IMG/VR virus record: IMGVR_UViG_3300005573_000057
Span: 1 to 64,000 of that record
Length of the DNA: 64,000 nt
DNA from: a virus
Direction: 5' to 3' (one strand)
The notes below the pieces were generated by a model. That model was not told the DNA's origin. It saw only the letters and a list, made by a program, of their open reading frames with translations, and searched no databases. Shown piece by piece: positions 27,193 to 37,126 of this stretch. The translations under genes were made by a program, and so were the position numbers. How positions within the stretch are numbered: position 1 is the stretch's first letter; each line of letters starts with the position of its first letter.

Positions 27193-27980
27193 GAGCTTTT
27201 TTTCAGCGCATCTTTAACATACTTCAAATTTTCCTTTTCAAACATGACTGCCGAACCGTTGAACCAAGCTTCTGAACTGGAACGAAAGGCACTTTGAGGA
27301 ACATTCCCAGCTTCATAAACTTTGATATGCTGATTTACAAATCTATTGTAGGCATCCAAAATCGTCTTAACTGGATCATTTGTTGATTCTGGAAAATATT
27401 TATGAAAGATTGCTATTGCCGAAGGATCTTTTGCTTTCAGTTTGTTGAGAATTTGGTTAATTGATTCTCTGTTTTCGGCACTTTTAGTAGTACCATTAGG
27501 GTTTAGATTACTCCAAAAACTCGCATCAAATTGGGTCATTGACATTGTATCTGACGTTGCACTATCCCCAACGTCAAATTTATCATCTGATGCTACATCT
27601 TTCATGTCGCTCACCGCGATCTTGGTTCCGTTGAATGGAACGACACAATATACTTTACCATAGTATTCTGCTAGTACACTATTTGTTGCCATGATGATAC
27701 TCTGTTTGCGTCTAGGCATATTCATTGATCTAGCTGCCGAACTATCATCAATCATAATATTATAATAATCATAGAAATTCTTACTACGCCGTTCCCCTCC
27801 AGAAGTCACAATCGAATACCGTGGGATACTTGAATCGGAATCACTTCCACGATAGAAATGTTGGATATTTCCTGACTGCAAAGAATTCGAACAATGATCT
27901 TTGAGTGCCTTGACAGCATCTTGCAACATGAGAGCTTGATAATTGTTCGATTCTTTAAGGTATTCTTTGAATGATTGCAT
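27189..27980 (-). CDS. Putative internal head protein with capsid-targeting-like N-terminus
   Basis: MQSFKEYLKES; TAACTA at 28008-28013 on the minus strand. Confidence 0.65.
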   Translation of the reverse strand: MQSFKEYLKESNNYQALMLQDAVKALKDHCSNSLQSGNIQHFYRGSDSDSSIPRYSIVTSGGERRSKNFYDYYNIMIDDSSAARSMNMPRRKQSIIMATNSVLAEYYGKVYCVVPFNGTKIAVSDMKDVASDDKFDVGDSATSDTMSMTQFDASFWSNLNPNGTTKSAENRESINQILNKLKAKDPSAIAIFHKYFPESTNDPVKTILDAYNRFVNQHIKVYEAGNVPQSAFRSSSEAWFNGSAVMFEKENLKYVKDALKKSS

Positions 27981-28117
27981 GGTGTCTAGGACGGTAAAGG
28001 TACGTCATAGTTAGGTTTCTCGATCCTAGAATAATACAGGAAAGGCACTGCCTACACCAAAAACTGCCATGCGCCCAACGCAACTACTTTTCGTAGGTCT
28101 TATTCATAATCTTGTGT

Positions 28118-28342
28118 TTACTCTGAAAGTTTTGACAGCGCAGATTGAACTGCAAGTTTAGTATTGTGAACTCCATTCTCGTATCCTTCTTGATATACAT
28201 CACACAATGCCGTATACACCATTTGTGCGGATCGGAAGTTGGGAAGCCGTAGCGTGTATGACGATGAGCTGGTTTCGTAAATAGCAAGTCCAGCTTCATC
28301 TTCCACAGACCCTTCCCATTTGAATTTTATTGTGTCTTTCAT
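28118..28342 (-). CDS. Hypothetical protein
   Basis: GGAG RBS before MKDTIKF. Confidence 0.5.
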   Translation of the reverse strand: MKDTIKFKWEGSVEDEAGLAIYETSSSSYTLRLPNFRSAQMVYTALCDVYQEGYENGVHNTKLAVQSALSKLSE

Positions 28343-28343
28343 T

Positions 28344-28508
28344 TCAGTCTCCGTCATCATGGTCAAGGAAAGAAAACACCGCTATTCCAGCCAGTATGAG
28401 GCTTGTGAAAGCCCAAAACGCTTCTTGGATACTCTGCGCTTCCGCAAGCCAGATCAGGCAACCCATGAATGCGGCAAGTGAAACCGTGGCAATCAGTCGG
28501 TCAAGCAT
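28344..28508 (-). CDS. Small two-TM membrane protein (54 aa)
   Basis: MLDRLIATVSLAAFMGCLIWLAEAQSIQEAFWAFTSLILAGIAVFSFL...; AAGGA RBS; not in the ORF track. Confidence 0.55.
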   Translation of the reverse strand: MLDRLIATVSLAAFMGCLIWLAEAQSIQEAFWAFTSLILAGIAVFSFLDHDDGD

Positions 28509-28881
28509 GGCGTTTTCCTTTGTTTGTAAGCGCCATCAAGTATCGACATTCAAACGGGTTCCCCGGTGTCGGTTCGCCGCGATAATCTAGCAAGTCCTCG
28601 GAAATAGTGCATCCATTACAGCTATCGCTCCAGTGGATGCAACGGCCCGAGCATGTCTTACTGTCCAGTACGTCACACGACACGCTACAAAATTCATGGG
28701 TAGTTAACGTTTGCTCCATTGTCCTTTCGCGCCAAGGTTCTAGCGCAACCATCGCTTCCACTCTAGCGTTGGATTCTTCCATCGTGATACCTTCCGACCT
28801 TTTTGCTCGGCCCGTTGTTAGTAGTAGGCTTTCGAGAGCTAGAGCAAGTCGCTCGGCTTCTGCTTTATAATCTTCATTCAT
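28501..28881 (-). CDS. Hypothetical protein with Cys-rich C-terminus (may have a second start at 28719)
   Basis: Open frame; C...C...C..RC...C..C cluster; AGGA before MEQTLT. Confidence 0.45.
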   Translation of the reverse strand: MNEDYKAEAERLALALESLLLTTGRAKRSEGITMEESNARVEAMVALEPWRERTMEQTLTTHEFCSVSCDVLDSKTCSGRCIHWSDSCNGCTISEDLLDYRGEPTPGNPFECRYLMALTNKGKRHA

Positions 28882-28940
28882 TGTCGTCTTCAAGGATATG
28901 CCTAGATGCGCCATCGTCGGAAATTCGAGAACCACTATAT

Positions 28941-29150
28941 TTATGCCGTGAAAGTAGAGCGCGAATTTCTTTCGTACAACTTCCGCAGTTCCGATAGCGT
29001 CTTGTACGCAAAATCTGGGTACTCGAATCCAGGAAACAGCGTGCAAACGGAATCTGCGAGTATGTTGTCGTCGTCGTAAACTTCTGCAAGTCGGGTACTG
29101 CCCTTTGCGGGGTAACTTTTCAGGTATTGTTCTGCTTCAAAACTGTTCAT
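28941..29150 (-). CDS. Early hypothetical protein behind a cassette-type leader
   Basis: Preceded by the conserved promoter/RBS junction (GATAAGGAGTTGGCCATG). Confidence 0.7.
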   Translation of the reverse strand: MNSFEAEQYLKSYPAKGSTRLAEVYDDDNILADSVCTLFPGFEYPDFAYKTLSELRKLYERNSRSTFTA

Positions 29151-29220
29151 GGCCAACTCCTTATCAATGTCTACAACTAAATTATAGACTACTAACAACA
29201 AAAGTCAAGAAAAGATTTCT
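29148..29220 (-). repeat. Conserved junction (stop/-35 overlap, N16, TATAAT, RBS), copy 1
   Basis: GAAATCTTTTCTTGACT-N16-TATAATTTAGTTGTAGACATTGATAAGGAGTTGGCCATG. Confidence 0.9.
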
Positions 29221-29933
29221 CGATTCACGGAAACTACAGCACTATCGGAGATCTTGGCACTTCCATAGACATGAGAATCCCCAAAGATTCGAGCATAACC
29301 GAAAATCTGAGCATCACCGAAGATTCGAGCATCACCGAAGACACGACCAGCATCGAAGACCCGAGCAAAACCGTAGATCATCGCGTTACCGTAGACCCTA
29401 ACATTTCCGTAGACCTTAGCATTTCCAAAGACATGAGCATTTCCAAAGACTAGAGCACGACAAAAAACCCGAGCATTCTCGTAAACCCGAGCCTTCCCAA
29501 AGACCCGAGCATCCCCATAGACCCATGCGTTACCAAAGATCCGAGCATTCCCATAAATTATAGCATTCCCAAAAATCCGGGCGTTCCCAAAGACCCAAGC
29601 ATCCCCGTAGACCCAAGCATTTCCGAAAACTTCGGCCCTTCCATAGATCTGAGCATTCTCAAAGACCCAAGTGTTCCCGAAGACCAGAGCATTCCCACAG
29701 ACCTCGGAATCCCCAGAGACCCGAGCGTTTTCGGAAACCCGAGAATTCCCGTATACCCGCGCATCGTCGGAGACCCAGCATGATCCCCGATGACTCAAAT
29801 TCTTTTCGGATTCAATATAGCCGCCTTTGTCTCCAGTACGAACATCACCGAAATCGCGCAAAGCGCGGATACGGCAGAGAGTGTGACCATTAACTTCAAT
29901 GGTTTCATCTTTCAACAGTTCGTACTTAACCAT
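29205..29933 (-). CDS. Hexapeptide-repeat (left-handed beta-helix) protein, paralog A1, 242 aa
   Basis: KYELL...RIRALRDFG.V..GDKGGYIESEKNLS..G.CWV head followed by GNARVF-type repeats; ends EIFS. Confidence 0.9.
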   Translation of the reverse strand: MVKYELLKDETIEVNGHTLCRIRALRDFGDVRTGDKGGYIESEKNLSHRGSCWVSDDARVYGNSRVSENARVSGDSEVCGNALVFGNTWVFENAQIYGRAEVFGNAWVYGDAWVFGNARIFGNAIIYGNARIFGNAWVYGDARVFGKARVYENARVFCRALVFGNAHVFGNAKVYGNVRVYGNAMIYGFARVFDAGRVFGDARIFGDAQIFGYARIFGDSHVYGSAKISDSAVVSVNREIFS

Positions 29934-30002
29934 GACCAACTCCTTATCAATGTCTACAAGTAAATTATAGACCGTCTACCAAAGAAGTCAAGAAGAAATT
30001 TC
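29931..30002 (-). repeat. Conserved junction, copy 2
   Basis: GAAATTTCTTCTTGACT-N16-TATAATTTACTTGTAGACATTGATAAGGAGTTGGTCATG. Confidence 0.9.
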
Positions 30003-30590
30003 TTGATTCCCTGAAATCAAAGAGTCCCCAGAGACCCTAGCATTTCTGTAGACCCAAGCATTCTCGGAGACCTGAGCATTGCCAAAGACCTGAGCATTTT
30101 CAAAAACATGGGCATCCCCACAGACCTCAGAATTCTCAAAGATCTGAGGATTCCCATAGACACAAGCATCCCCATAGACTAGAGCATCCCCAAAGACCCG
30201 AGCATCACCGTAGACCCAAGCATTTCCAAAAACTTCGGCCCTTCCATAGATCTGAGCATCCTCAAAGATCCAAGTGTTCCCGAAGACCAGAGCGTTCTCG
30301 TATACCTCACTATCCCCAGAGACCCGAGCATCCCCATAAATCATAGAATTCCCAAAAACCCGAGCATCGCCGCCGACCCAAGCGTTCTCGGAGACCCGAG
30401 CATTCTCAAAGACCCGAGCATCGTCGGAAATCCAGCAGTCTCCATCTTGACTCAAATTGTCTTCGGATTCAATGTAACCGCCCTTGTCACCTGCACTAAC
30501 ATCACCGAAATCGCGCAAAGCGCGGATACGGCAGAGGGCGAGACCATTGACTTCAACGGTTTCATTTTTCAACAGTTCGTACTTGTTCAT
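29988..30590 (-). CDS. Hexapeptide-repeat protein, paralog A2, 200 aa
   Basis: Same head and repeats; ends EISS. Confidence 0.9.
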   Translation of the reverse strand: MNKYELLKNETVEVNGLALCRIRALRDFGDVSAGDKGGYIESEDNLSQDGDCWISDDARVFENARVSENAWVGGDARVFGNSMIYGDARVSGDSEVYENALVFGNTWIFEDAQIYGRAEVFGNAWVYGDARVFGDALVYGDACVYGNPQIFENSEVCGDAHVFENAQVFGNAQVSENAWVYRNARVSGDSLISGNQEISS

Positions 30591-30649
30591 GACCAACTCC
30601 TTATCAATGTTTACAACTGAATTATAGACCAATCTCAAGAAATGTCAAG
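30588..30649 (-). repeat. Conserved junction / early promoter, copy 3
   Basis: CTTGACA-N16-TATAATTCAGTTGTAAACATTGATAAGGAGTTGGTCATG. Confidence 0.9.
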
Positions 30650-30656
30650 CCCCTAT

Positions 30657-31409
30657 TCAGAACGTGGTCACATCCTTGACAATGACACTACGCGGTAGGT
30701 GTGTATCCACAATGCTTTCATCCCCGTTATCGAATCCAGAACTACTTTCAATTAGTTGGGTAGCAGTATCGGCAAATGAACTTTCAACAGCGGTTCTATT
30801 ATATTTACTTATTTTTCTGTCCTTGACGTAGGCATCAAGTCTGGCGGATACCAGTGGAAGAAGTGAGCGCATATACTTACCAAGTTTTTGTTGGTTTGGC
30901 TGAAAGAACAAATGTTCAGCCGAAGTGAAAGATGATTGGACAGTTACATAATATTCGCCGTCATGCTTGTTAAGATATTTTTTGAACCTGTCTGTGTTTT
31001 CGTAATCACCTGTCCACGATTGAAGTTTGTTTAAGCCTGTATTCAAGGAAAGTTGCTTGTTTTTCAAAAGTTCAGAAAGTTTTTCAGATTTTTCTTTTCC
31101 TGTCTCTGCACTTTGGTAGATAGTTTTTTCTTTATCATTCAAAAATTGTAGAAGATGACGTTCATGATAAATTCGATACAGCGTCGAAGATCCTGGTTGG
31201 TAATTAGGTATCTTTTTTCTAAGTTCAAGAATTCCTTTAATATATTCGTTTTCTTCCGAATCTTTGAAGGTATTTTTCATGTATGTACCTTGAAACCACT
31301 CATAGATAAAATCGCCATATTTAGTCGTATCAAATAAAAAGTCACGAAATTCTGAGTCTGATTCTGGAAGATCGTATGATTCTAGCAAAAATTCTTTGAA
31401 TGAAAGCAT
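30657..31409 (-). CDS. Putative internal head protein with capsid-targeting-like N-terminus
   Basis: MLSFKEFLLES; TAACTA at 31438-31443 (-); LYR...LQSWT...E motif reminiscent of the ADP-ribosyltransferase fold (weak). Confidence 0.6.
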   Translation of the reverse strand: MLSFKEFLLESYDLPESDSEFRDFLFDTTKYGDFIYEWFQGTYMKNTFKDSEENEYIKGILELRKKIPNYQPGSSTLYRIYHERHLLQFLNDKEKTIYQSAETGKEKSEKLSELLKNKQLSLNTGLNKLQSWTGDYENTDRFKKYLNKHDGEYYVTVQSSFTSAEHLFFQPNQQKLGKYMRSLLPLVSARLDAYVKDRKISKYNRTAVESSFADTATQLIESSSGFDNGDESIVDTHLPRSVIVKDVTTF

Positions 31410-31436
31410 GATGGTCTATGGTTTGGTAAATATCTT

Positions 31437-31670
31437 CTAGTTATAATTTCCGATTTTGAAGACGGGACTAATTGATTTTCCGTCCAAAAGAGAATTACCT
31501 TTGCAAATGCTCCACGCAACGAACCCGCGCTTGATACATTCCTTTTCTGCGATTGCAAAATGCGTTTCTCTGCTGTTCCGGGCATCTAGGATGACGACAC
31601 TGCGATCGCCACAAGCTTCGAACAGAGAATTCGATTCAAGGCCATAATTGTAAAATTGGGCATAGATCAT
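31437..31670 (-). CDS. Early hypothetical protein
   Basis: MIYAQFY...EACGDRSVVILDAR; GGAGAG RBS; TTGACA-N16-TATAAT at 31701-31728 overlapping the gp5 stop. Confidence 0.7.
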   Translation of the reverse strand: MIYAQFYNYGLESNSLFEACGDRSVVILDARNSRETHFAIAEKECIKRGFVAWSICKGNSLLDGKSISPVFKIGNYN

Positions 31671-31724
31671 GATTTCTCTCCGCGTTTGATGTACAAATGA
31701 ATTATAGACCGCCCACAAAAAATG

Positions 31725-34172
31725 TCAAGCTGTATCTGTGACTAACGCAAGTCCTTGTGCTACGACCCTGTTGTTGTGTAACGTCAGGCATTGCTTGCGG
31801 TTCCCGGCTGGGTTGTAAGAAATATGAATCCATCCGGTATCACCATGCAGATTCTCCAGCAAAAGTTGATCATAGTCAAGTGACCCTGCTAGGTCTGTGG
31901 CTATTTCAAGAAGTCTAGCCCGATCAGCGTTGGGGAAGAAAAAGTCGGCTGCTTGACCCAGATAGTGCTGCGAATGCTTGGCCGATGCTGCCACATCCCC
32001 TGGCCTACGGAACCCCGAAGTGATCTGCATAGTAGGATACTTGGCATAGACCTTTTCCGTGACGTTGTTGGCGTGCTGAACAATGTTGGTTGCTATCTGA
32101 GGCGGTGTCAGTCCAAACTGGTTGATCAATGGCCTTGATCCATTCTTAGTGTAGGTTCCCATTGTGAAATTCGGGCTAATCTGCAAGGACGGCGGATATG
32201 TCTTCATTCCAGAAATCTTGGAACAATCAATTACAGTTCCTTTGATTGTGCTTGTTGGTGTTGCTGCTGGAGCTACAGTGATTTTATCAGTCTGTAAGAC
32301 AGACTTTCCGACATTTCCCATAGCCACCTGATTCTGGACAAATGCAGTCGAATCTCCCGAGTCGGGTTCATCATAGTTCTGCATCACAGTTGACGATGCA
32401 GTTGGGGTGTACAATGGATCAAAAGTTGGTACTGGATTGGACGCCGTTGCCAGAGTCCCTAGAACACTGTTGAACGAACTTGTACCGCTTTGTGTGTACA
32501 TTGCCGCACCATCCTCATTGATTGTTCCCCCAGCAACAACGTTCATGTTACCGGATGCCTTGGTGTCAAAGTCTCCACCATAAGCTTCCATTGAAATAGA
32601 TTGTGCTTTCAGAGCGAAAGATCCTTGCACATTTTGTGTCATGTTGCCTTGACATTCGAGATTGACATTTCCGGCAACATACAGATTCAGAGAATTTTTG
32701 ATGTAGACTGATTGGCTACCGTCGATTGTGACTGATGCGTTACCCTTGATGTAAAGAAATCCATTGCGTTCAAGAATTTCGTAATTGTCTCCAATGATGC
32801 GTGTGACCAAAGTTCCATTGCAGTCAATTTCCCGAAAGGTTCCCGAACGATGGTATTCATGAATGCGTTCACTGTGAGGGGTATCGTCGTACTCGATCAC
32901 GTGGCCCGATTCTGTGGCATATACCTTGTTGAACGGATATTGAGCATTGTATGGCGTGTGTGGTTGATCCCATGTTGCAAGACCGTGTGGATCTGCCGGG
33001 ATGCCAGTGATTCTCGTATTGTTCTTTTTGAATACAATCGTTGAACCAAGTTGCTCTGCTCTGGCTAGTCTGTTAGTGTCTGGTTCATTGTAATAGGCAG
33101 GCCATTTTCCATCTGGATCAACAAATCCTTGTGATTGTGACGTATAAGCTGATTGTTGGCTTGTAGAATTACTGACACCAGGAACAAAAGGTGCTACAGT
33201 GGCATTAGAAGGGGCAGGAACGGCCCCGGAAGATGCTGGTGTCACTGTGCCCGTGGATGAATCTGGAACCCCACCAGACAAGAAATAAGACTGTTCCTTG
33301 CTTCGACGATTAAAGAGACCATTGATTGTGACCAAAGCGCCATTCACATGCCCCTTATCCCAATCGAGGAAGTGTTCTGCTGCTTCGTGATACTTGGCAC
33401 TGTCCAAAACTGATTTCAGTGTCGAACCGCTAAATGCTCCTGAACCGATGTTGTAAGCTAAGGAACAACAAGCATCGAACATCTGTTGCGTTAGCGGTGC
33501 CTGAATAGTTTGGACGATTGGAACAGTATTCGATTGTAAAAATTCCGTGAATGCTGCTGTAGCTTGAGATTGTGTGATGACTTGATTGGCAACAACTGGA
33601 GAACCATTGATCGAAGTTGAACCGTACCCGATTGTCCATACTCCTACGGAATCCTGATAGGAAGTAAGACGCAAGGATTCAAAGCCTTGGATCAAACTAA
33701 CCCCGGCTTCCGAAATTGTCATGGCCGATGGACTACTGACCCCCAATGTTGGCAGGGTGCTTGCACTAGATGGAACAGGCGGTGTGAAAGCTGGTGGCGA
33801 TGATGGTGGTAAGGGGTTGACAGGGGTTGGGGCTTGACCATCCGACAAAACATTGATGTTATTATTCCCAATGGTCTGAAATTGATCGCTTTGTGGAATT
33901 CCCCCAATCGTTCCGAGAACAATAGGGTATTGTTGGAATGGATCAGCGAACACAACCAAAACAGTCGAACCTTGTAAGACACCTGTTGGACTGCTTCCAA
34001 TCCCATTCAAGGATGCATCACTGATTCCAGCCACGACAACAGCCCAAGGCAAGTCTGCTGTTGGTAATTCGTTTTTGTCGGCAGTGTGGAGGCCATGAAT
34101 TCTGACCTGAACGCGACCATCCTTTAATGGATCATTTCTGTTTTCGACAATTCCAGTAAAGTACGTTTGCAT
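31725..34172 (-). CDS. gp5: Baseplate hub / tail lysozyme with additional C-terminal M15 peptidase domain
   Basis: GIVENRNDP..GRVQVR..G.H, DLPWA OB-fold; FESLRLTSYQDSVGVWTIGYG GH24 lysozyme; YPFNKV..TESGH..EYDDTP; SGFRR...SQHYLGQAADF...WIHISY. Confidence 0.92.
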   Translation of the reverse strand: MQTYFTGIVENRNDPLKDGRVQVRIHGLHTADKNELPTADLPWAVVVAGISDASLNGIGSSPTGVLQGSTVLVVFADPFQQYPIVLGTIGGIPQSDQFQTIGNNNINVLSDGQAPTPVNPLPPSSPPAFTPPVPSSASTLPTLGVSSPSAMTISEAGVSLIQGFESLRLTSYQDSVGVWTIGYGSTSINGSPVVANQVITQSQATAAFTEFLQSNTVPIVQTIQAPLTQQMFDACCSLAYNIGSGAFSGSTLKSVLDSAKYHEAAEHFLDWDKGHVNGALVTINGLFNRRSKEQSYFLSGGVPDSSTGTVTPASSGAVPAPSNATVAPFVPGVSNSTSQQSAYTSQSQGFVDPDGKWPAYYNEPDTNRLARAEQLGSTIVFKKNNTRITGIPADPHGLATWDQPHTPYNAQYPFNKVYATESGHVIEYDDTPHSERIHEYHRSGTFREIDCNGTLVTRIIGDNYEILERNGFLYIKGNASVTIDGSQSVYIKNSLNLYVAGNVNLECQGNMTQNVQGSFALKAQSISMEAYGGDFDTKASGNMNVVAGGTINEDGAAMYTQSGTSSFNSVLGTLATASNPVPTFDPLYTPTASSTVMQNYDEPDSGDSTAFVQNQVAMGNVGKSVLQTDKITVAPAATPTSTIKGTVIDCSKISGMKTYPPSLQISPNFTMGTYTKNGSRPLINQFGLTPPQIATNIVQHANNVTEKVYAKYPTMQITSGFRRPGDVAASAKHSQHYLGQAADFFFPNADRARLLEIATDLAGSLDYDQLLLENLHGDTGWIHISYNPAGNRKQCLTLHNNRVVAQGLALVTDTA

Positions 34173-34173
34173 T

Positions 34174-35421
34174 TTAGCAGTCTCGGGATAGTTCTATGAT
34201 GCATTCATGCTTGTTAACCGTGATGAAATGCTCAATTGCTGTTACAATATAAGTTCCACTGACTTCGGTATCCAAAATTTCTTTCGTGGTATGATCCGTG
34301 GGTTTGTTCGCATATTTATAGACATTCATCAACTGTCCAACTGTGTAGTCTGTACGGCCATACATGACAACCTTGATCCGATTGCTGGTCAACTGCTTCA
34401 ACAAGCTTTGCCGATGTTGCATTGCTGCAATTTCAGTCACATCCCCCCATCCGGTAAACGAACCGTAGTCTCGTGTCATGTTCCATATCTTTGCTTCATT
34501 GCTGACAACAAGATTAGGCCCAAACAACGGATCACGGTTCAAATGTGAAGTTTTCGCAAAGGAACTTGGATAGTCGAACTTGACAGTTTGGTAGTTCTTC
34601 CTGAGCAAGTCATAGCTGAACAGGGTGCTTCCCAATGCCCCACTTTCCAACATACCCAGGTAGTCATAGCTCGTTCCAGAAAACCCCCATTGCAAAGCGC
34701 GTGAATACTCTGCATTCATGTCACGGTTGACTGACGCCACATCCCGCGTGTAGTGGTCAATGAATACGTTTTGATAGGGAGATTGACGATACAACAACGA
34801 TAGGCTCTTGAAATTCAAACCATAGCGATCCTGATAGAATAGATAGCTGGGTGCGTTGTCCTTTTGGGATTTTGCTCGTTCGGCAAGAAATTTAATATTC
34901 TTGAGAGGCGACCAATAATTGCTGACGTACTTGATACTGTTAGATGTTGGTTCAATGGCGAACGGCAATTCGGATGCAAGGAATCTTTCATCTGATATTA
35001 AGGATTCAATCAGGCTGTCAATTTTCCCGGAGAATGCTCGGGATAGGGCTTTGTTGGCACTGACAATTACATCCCGAGTACAAAAGCCCAGAGTATAACT
35101 TTCCGACTTATCACTATCTTGAGTCCGTTCGCCAAGATTGTAGACATAGAATAAGCCTTCGATAGCTTGGAGTTTATCCATTGTAGGTGTAATGATGGAC
35201 AACTCCAAGACTTCGCTTCCCTGCAAAGGCAACACATTGGTCAAAGCCAATGCATCTGAAATAATAATCTTTCCTGTTGTGTAACCATACAAATCTTCGA
35301 AAATCTGGATTCCATTCACAACATTGAGCAAGTTCACCACGGTTCCGGTGGAACTCGTGATGGACAAGGTGTTGATGGAAACCTGACCGGGGAATGCAAG
35401 TTTGTCGATGTTTTGGGCCAT
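34174..35421 (-). CDS. Baseplate hub protein (gp27-like)
   Basis: IFEDL..TG.I.I.D, LPLQG.E, WSP...I, YLFYQ...G.NFKSL, SG.YIVTAI.H; lies between gp53 and gp5. Confidence 0.7.
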   Translation of the reverse strand: MAQNIDKLAFPGQVSINTLSITSSTGTVVNLLNVVNGIQIFEDLYGYTTGKIIISDALALTNVLPLQGSEVLELSIITPTMDKLQAIEGLFYVYNLGERTQDSDKSESYTLGFCTRDVIVSANKALSRAFSGKIDSLIESLISDERFLASELPFAIEPTSNSIKYVSNYWSPLKNIKFLAERAKSQKDNAPSYLFYQDRYGLNFKSLSLLYRQSPYQNVFIDHYTRDVASVNRDMNAEYSRALQWGFSGTSYDYLGMLESGALGSTLFSYDLLRKNYQTVKFDYPSSFAKTSHLNRDPLFGPNLVVSNEAKIWNMTRDYGSFTGWGDVTEIAAMQHRQSLLKQLTSNRIKVVMYGRTDYTVGQLMNVYKYANKPTDHTTKEILDTEVSGTYIVTAIEHFITVNKHECIIELSRDC

Positions 35422-35425
35422 AATA

Positions 35426-35944
35426 TCAATTCGATAGCAAAGTAACCATCTGCTTCTTGATTGTTGGCAAGTAGATAGGATCAATCAAGACGATCTGACG
35501 CTTTGCGTCATTGACATTCATTTCATAGGTATAGTTGTCCACTGGCAACGCACCGGGATAAGTGGAGTCAACAATCAAACTTCCATCCGGTGTGGTATAA
35601 TGATGGGTTGCGTATTGATTGCCTGCACCATATTTCTGAATGACATAGGCGTTGACCTGACTAAGTGACATAGGCCAATCCAAGGTGTAGTCAAAGATGT
35701 TATTGGCAATCATGATCAGAAAATCATAGTAGGGAGACCCATAGTACAATTCCGAAACAATCCAAGGTGTCTGACCATCCTTGATTTCATAAGGAAGGTA
35801 TGTTCCTAGTCCTTGAATCATGTCAATCGTTGGCCGGAGATTTGCCGTAATATCCGTCATGACTAAAGGAACAAATTGACCACTATCCGCATCATAAAAC
35901 GGATAGTAGAACGTACCGAAATTTGAGAAATATTCTGTTGCCAT
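35426..35944 (-). CDS. gp53: Baseplate wedge subunit
   Basis: YFSNF, Y.IKDG.TP..VS..YYG, N.I.D...DWP, KYG, HHY, N..KR.I.L. Confidence 0.88.
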   Translation of the reverse strand: MATEYFSNFGTFYYPFYDADSGQFVPLVMTDITANLRPTIDMIQGLGTYLPYEIKDGQTPWIVSELYYGSPYYDFLIMIANNIFDYTLDWPMSLSQVNAYVIQKYGAGNQYATHHYTTPDGSLIVDSTYPGALPVDNYTYEMNVNDAKRQIVLIDPIYLPTIKKQMVTLLSN

Positions 35945-35946
35945 GA

Positions 35947-37086
35947 TCAATACCCTTGTTGAATGACTTCTTTGGACATAAGGCCAAGTTCTGTAAATTC
36001 GACTTGCATATCAATGCGTGGAATGTCGCCATTGGCAATTTGCTTCCAAACTCTGTCTGGAGTAAAATTGATGGATACATTCGTCAAGGCACATGTTCCA
36101 ATTCTAGGGATGTTGGTATTTTCGTTAGGCCCCATGAAGAATCGAATATCGAACTCGGAAGGATACAGATACAGAAATTCTCCTGGAGAAACAAACTCTG
36201 GCATCATGTGGAATCTCAAAAGATACAAGATGTTCAGAACTTCTTGAAATTCTGCTGCATTCCTCGGGCCAAATTCGAAATTGAATGTAAAGACCCGGAA
36301 ATTGACCCCATGAAAGACTTTCTCCATTCTTGGGTTAACTGCGAGACCCGTCATGTTGCTCAATGCTGGGCTTGCCTTCAATGCTGCCATTGCCGTAATT
36401 TGGTTCACAGCATTTCCAGTTGTGCTACCTGATTGACCATTCGTGGCTGCATTCCCGACTGCATCGTAAACCACTTTAGCAATTTGACCTACACCCGAAG
36501 CTTTACCATGACTTTTTTCGTAAGATTCGGCTTGGCTCACTGCGTTGGCCGCTGCCCCGAATGCCGTGGTTTCGGCGTCCCCCCAGCTTGTCTTATAGTC
36601 AAATCCTACTTGGTTCGGCATGTACAAAACAATTTCTTGGGCAATTCTGGATGTTGCGCGTGTTGTGGATGGTGCGACGGCTGTTGCCAATCGTGCTCCC
36701 ACTCCCTCGGTAACTGCGCCCCCTGCTGAGCCTGTGGCTACGGCTTTGATTCCACTGCCCTTGAGCAAGCCTAGAACGCTCCCTGCGCCCCCAGCAATGA
36801 CGCCCCCTACCCCACCCTCTAGTGCTGCTGCTCCATCGGTTGCATTCTTGCTCAGTCCAAGGCCAACCAAAGTTCCCCGATTCGGTGTAATGTTAGCTTG
36901 TGTAGTACCATAGGAAGATTCAAACTTGCTGCCAACTAACTGATTGATACGGATCACCATGTACGGTTGGTTGTCCATGTTCAATTCTTGCGGATACTTG
37001 GTCTGGGAATAGTCGTATTTGCTATTTGGGCCTGCGGTTTGGGAAATGTTCAATTGCCCGGTATTTGTTGTTGGTACGGATGCCAT
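35947..37086 (-). CDS. gp48: Baseplate tail tube cap
   Basis: LYMP, NPRME..F.G..FR.F.F.F.F.PRN..E, YPSEFDI, CALT.V..NFTP, F.E. Confidence 0.88.
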   Translation of the reverse strand: MASVPTTNTGQLNISQTAGPNSKYDYSQTKYPQELNMDNQPYMVIRINQLVGSKFESSYGTTQANITPNRGTLVGLGLSKNATDGAAALEGGVGGVIAGGAGSVLGLLKGSGIKAVATGSAGGAVTEGVGARLATAVAPSTTRATSRIAQEIVLYMPNQVGFDYKTSWGDAETTAFGAAANAVSQAESYEKSHGKASGVGQIAKVVYDAVGNAATNGQSGSTTGNAVNQITAMAALKASPALSNMTGLAVNPRMEKVFHGVNFRVFTFNFEFGPRNAAEFQEVLNILYLLRFHMMPEFVSPGEFLYLYPSEFDIRFFMGPNENTNIPRIGTCALTNVSINFTPDRVWKQIANGDIPRIDMQVEFTELGLMSKEVIQQGY

Positions 37087-37091
37087 GTGTC

Positions 37092-37120
37092 TCGACTTTC
37101 GGTTGTCTTTCTGTTATAAT
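37092..37120 (+). promoter_or_regulatory. sigma70-type promoter TCGACT-N17-TATAAT for primase
   Basis: -10 box ends 6 nt before the ATG at 37127. Confidence 0.55.
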
Positions 37121-37126
37121 TTCAAA

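Noticed and set aside
29205-30590. Diversity-generating retroelement (TR/VR pair)
   Set aside because: No reverse transcriptase in the window, and differences are not restricted to adenines; they include whole-repeat indels
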